This document shows positions 62,135 to 64,000 of a stretch of 64,000 nucleotides of DNA, one piece after another; the stretch's first letter is position 1; each line of letters begins with the position of its first letter. The position numbers were made by a program, and so were the translations under genes. A model generated the notes under the pieces. That model was not told where the DNA came from and made no database searches. It saw only the letters and a program-made list of their open reading frames with translations. Where the stretch lies: assembly GCA_004431415.1 (NCBI GenBank), contig QPMI01000444.1, positions 186,001 through 250,000 on the forward strand. The letters run 5' to 3'. This DNA comes from Cyanophora paradoxa CCMP329 (Eukaryota; Plantae; Glaucophyta).

Positions 62135-63142
62135 CCGTACCGGGGGTGCAGCCGGCGGGGTCGCTGCTGGACTCGCTGCGGCTGCCGGCGCGCTACTGGG
62201 TGTCGGTGACGTGCGCGGTCGTCATGTACTCGGCCTACTGCCCCTTCCAGTCCTTCTCCACCGAGTTCCTCCAGGTGGTGCGCGCGCCCGCCCCGTCCCG
62301 CCCCGTCCCGTCCCGCCCTGGAGCGCGCGCTGAATTCGTGCGCCCGCCTTCCCGCCGCAGGCGTACAGGATGACTGCGGAGGAGGCGCAGTGGACGGTCT
62401 CCCTGCTGCCCCTCACCTCCCTCGCCCTCTCCATCCCCGTCGGCCTCGCCGTCGACAAGGCGCGCCCCGCGCCCCCGCGGGCCCCCCGTACCCCCCCTGA
62501 CCCGTGCCCCCCACCAGTTCGAGCGGCACGTGCCGATCGTGATCGGGTGCTGCCTGGCGGCCATCCCCCTCTTCTACGTGCCCATCTTCTGCCCGTCCGT
62601 CCCCCCGGCGCCCGTGTACGCGGCCATGGGCCTCCTCTTCACGGTGCGGTACCCCCCCCCCCCCCCCCCGCCGCTCGCCCGGATCGCGTCGGGTCGGATC
62701 GGGTCTGAGGCGGGAGCAGGTGTTCCCGTCGGCGATCTGGCCGGCGATCACGCTGACGATCCCCCCGAAGAAGCTCGGCGCCGCCTTCGGCATGTCCAGC
62801 GCCGTCCGTACCCCCCGGCACCCCTTCCCGCACGCCCCGCGCCGGCCCCTGACCTCTGGCTCGGCCCCTCGATCCCCGCCCCCCGCAGCTGATCAACCTG
62901 GCGCTCTTCTGCTCGTACCAGGCGGTCGGCGCCATCGACGATATCACCGGGCGCCCCGGTCCGGCCCCGCCCCGCCCCGCCCCGCCCGGCTTCCTCCGAC
63001 CCGTCTCCGGGGCGCAGGGGACGCGTCGTTCTACTACTGCGGGCTGAGCCTCGTCGGCGCCCTCTGCGCCCTCGCCTGGGTCCTCCTCCCCGCCGCCCCC
63101 GCCCCCGAGGAGCACTCCGCCCGCGCCACCCCGGCCGCCTGA
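60638..63142 (+). CDS. MFSD1: MFSD1-like lysosomal/vacuolar MFS transporter
   Basis: YDMVGAVEKDL...FYSWYSIPNMFL|VLINGMLIDKIGLR; GRMVYALGSETMYVAQNSLLGHWF; YSAYCPFQSFS; SAIWPAI...KLGAAFG. Confidence 0.85.
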
Positions 63143-64000
63143 GCCGCCGCCCCCGGCCCGCACCGGCCAGCGGCCGAGGGGACGGGCGATGCGCGTGTAC
63201 AGATTCGATTATCTTCGTGTGCGCTTTGGTAGAGCCAAGTCGTCGTCGTTGCAGCTCATGCTGAGACGTCGACGTCACAGTGTGCAGTTTTTATATATTT
63301 TGGCATTTCCAGTTCGGGGAACTTCCCGCCCCCCGGGTTCCTTTTCTTCAAGTTTCGGCCCTGATGCCGCCATGATTTGCAGTTGGTATAAGAACTAGGA
63401 CATCGCAGCTGCAGTACCGCAGCCCTGGCAGTAAATATGCATAATCAGTCAAGATTTCAGATTCAGCAATAATTTCTGTCTTTGACATTTTCATTTCGAT
63501 AACGAATATCGGCCGGAGTCGATCATGATCAGCCGCTGGGCTCTGAGGCGCTTAGCGGCTGGCCATGGCTCGCTCGCGATACCAGTATCGATCGGGATCG
63601 GGTTCACGCGCTCATGCATGCAGCCGTAACTAGCTAAAGAGACCCCCGGGCCCAATGGCGCCGCGGCGCAGCGCGCGCGCTGCAGATCAAATTAAATTTG
63701 AGAGTGCTGCAGCTGCTAACTCCGAAACCGAAATCAAAGCTCGAAGAGACGCGTGTTGGCCTGCTGTCGTGTTGCTCGTACGCGTCGCGCGAAATTTTTT
63801 TGAAGGGCCGGCAACGTGGGGTACGGGCGTCGGGTATCTCTGGCACCCTCCCGGCCCACAACAAGCAACCGCGCGACGCTGTGAAGCTGCGTCACCCCAG
63901 CGAGCTGTAACGCGCAACAAACACCGCTCCCCGCCCCGAGCTGCGCGGTTGACCGGATGGTGAGCTGGCGCGGACGCGTTCTATCCTGAGCGCGCGGCTT

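Noticed and set aside
1-64000. Hundreds of long Arg/Pro/Gly/Ala-rich ORFs in the six-frame track (e.g. 15793-18162 +, 52860-54422 +)
   Set aside because: Stop-poor shadows of GC-rich spliced genes; they have no domain motifs and overlap better-supported genes.

Overview
Eukaryotic, very GC-rich nuclear DNA with dense short introns (mostly about 50-100 nt). It is probably an alga; an 'MSAF' Phe-type plastid transit peptide suggests a glaucophyte such as Cyanophora, but that is inference. Most long ORFs in the supplied track are GC artefacts, so genes were assembled by hand across introns. About 17 genes are supported: plastid BolA4, an LRR-PWWP-HMG protein, two F-box/LRR proteins, MEMO1, a two-domain membrane adenylyl cyclase, PAQR, DUF726/TMCO4, mTERF, a giant Ser/Thr kinase-AAA-GAF-HK-REC hybrid kinase, an RWP-RK factor, two MFS transporters and three unknowns. 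A gene-poor 44.8-52.8 kb island holds a non-autonomous hAT element, two MITEs and the RWP-RK gene. The most striking signal is a pervasive signature XYZ + revcomp(XYZ) + XYZ in non-coding DNA. Three pairs of local repeat copies show it is a precise 6-bp indel, matching the hairpin excision footprint expected from a 3-bp-TSD transposon, and it also occurs in frame in exons. Other notable points are frequent GC-AG introns and an adenylyl cyclase with C2-before-C1 domain order. Gene ends and exon boundaries are manual and approximate.
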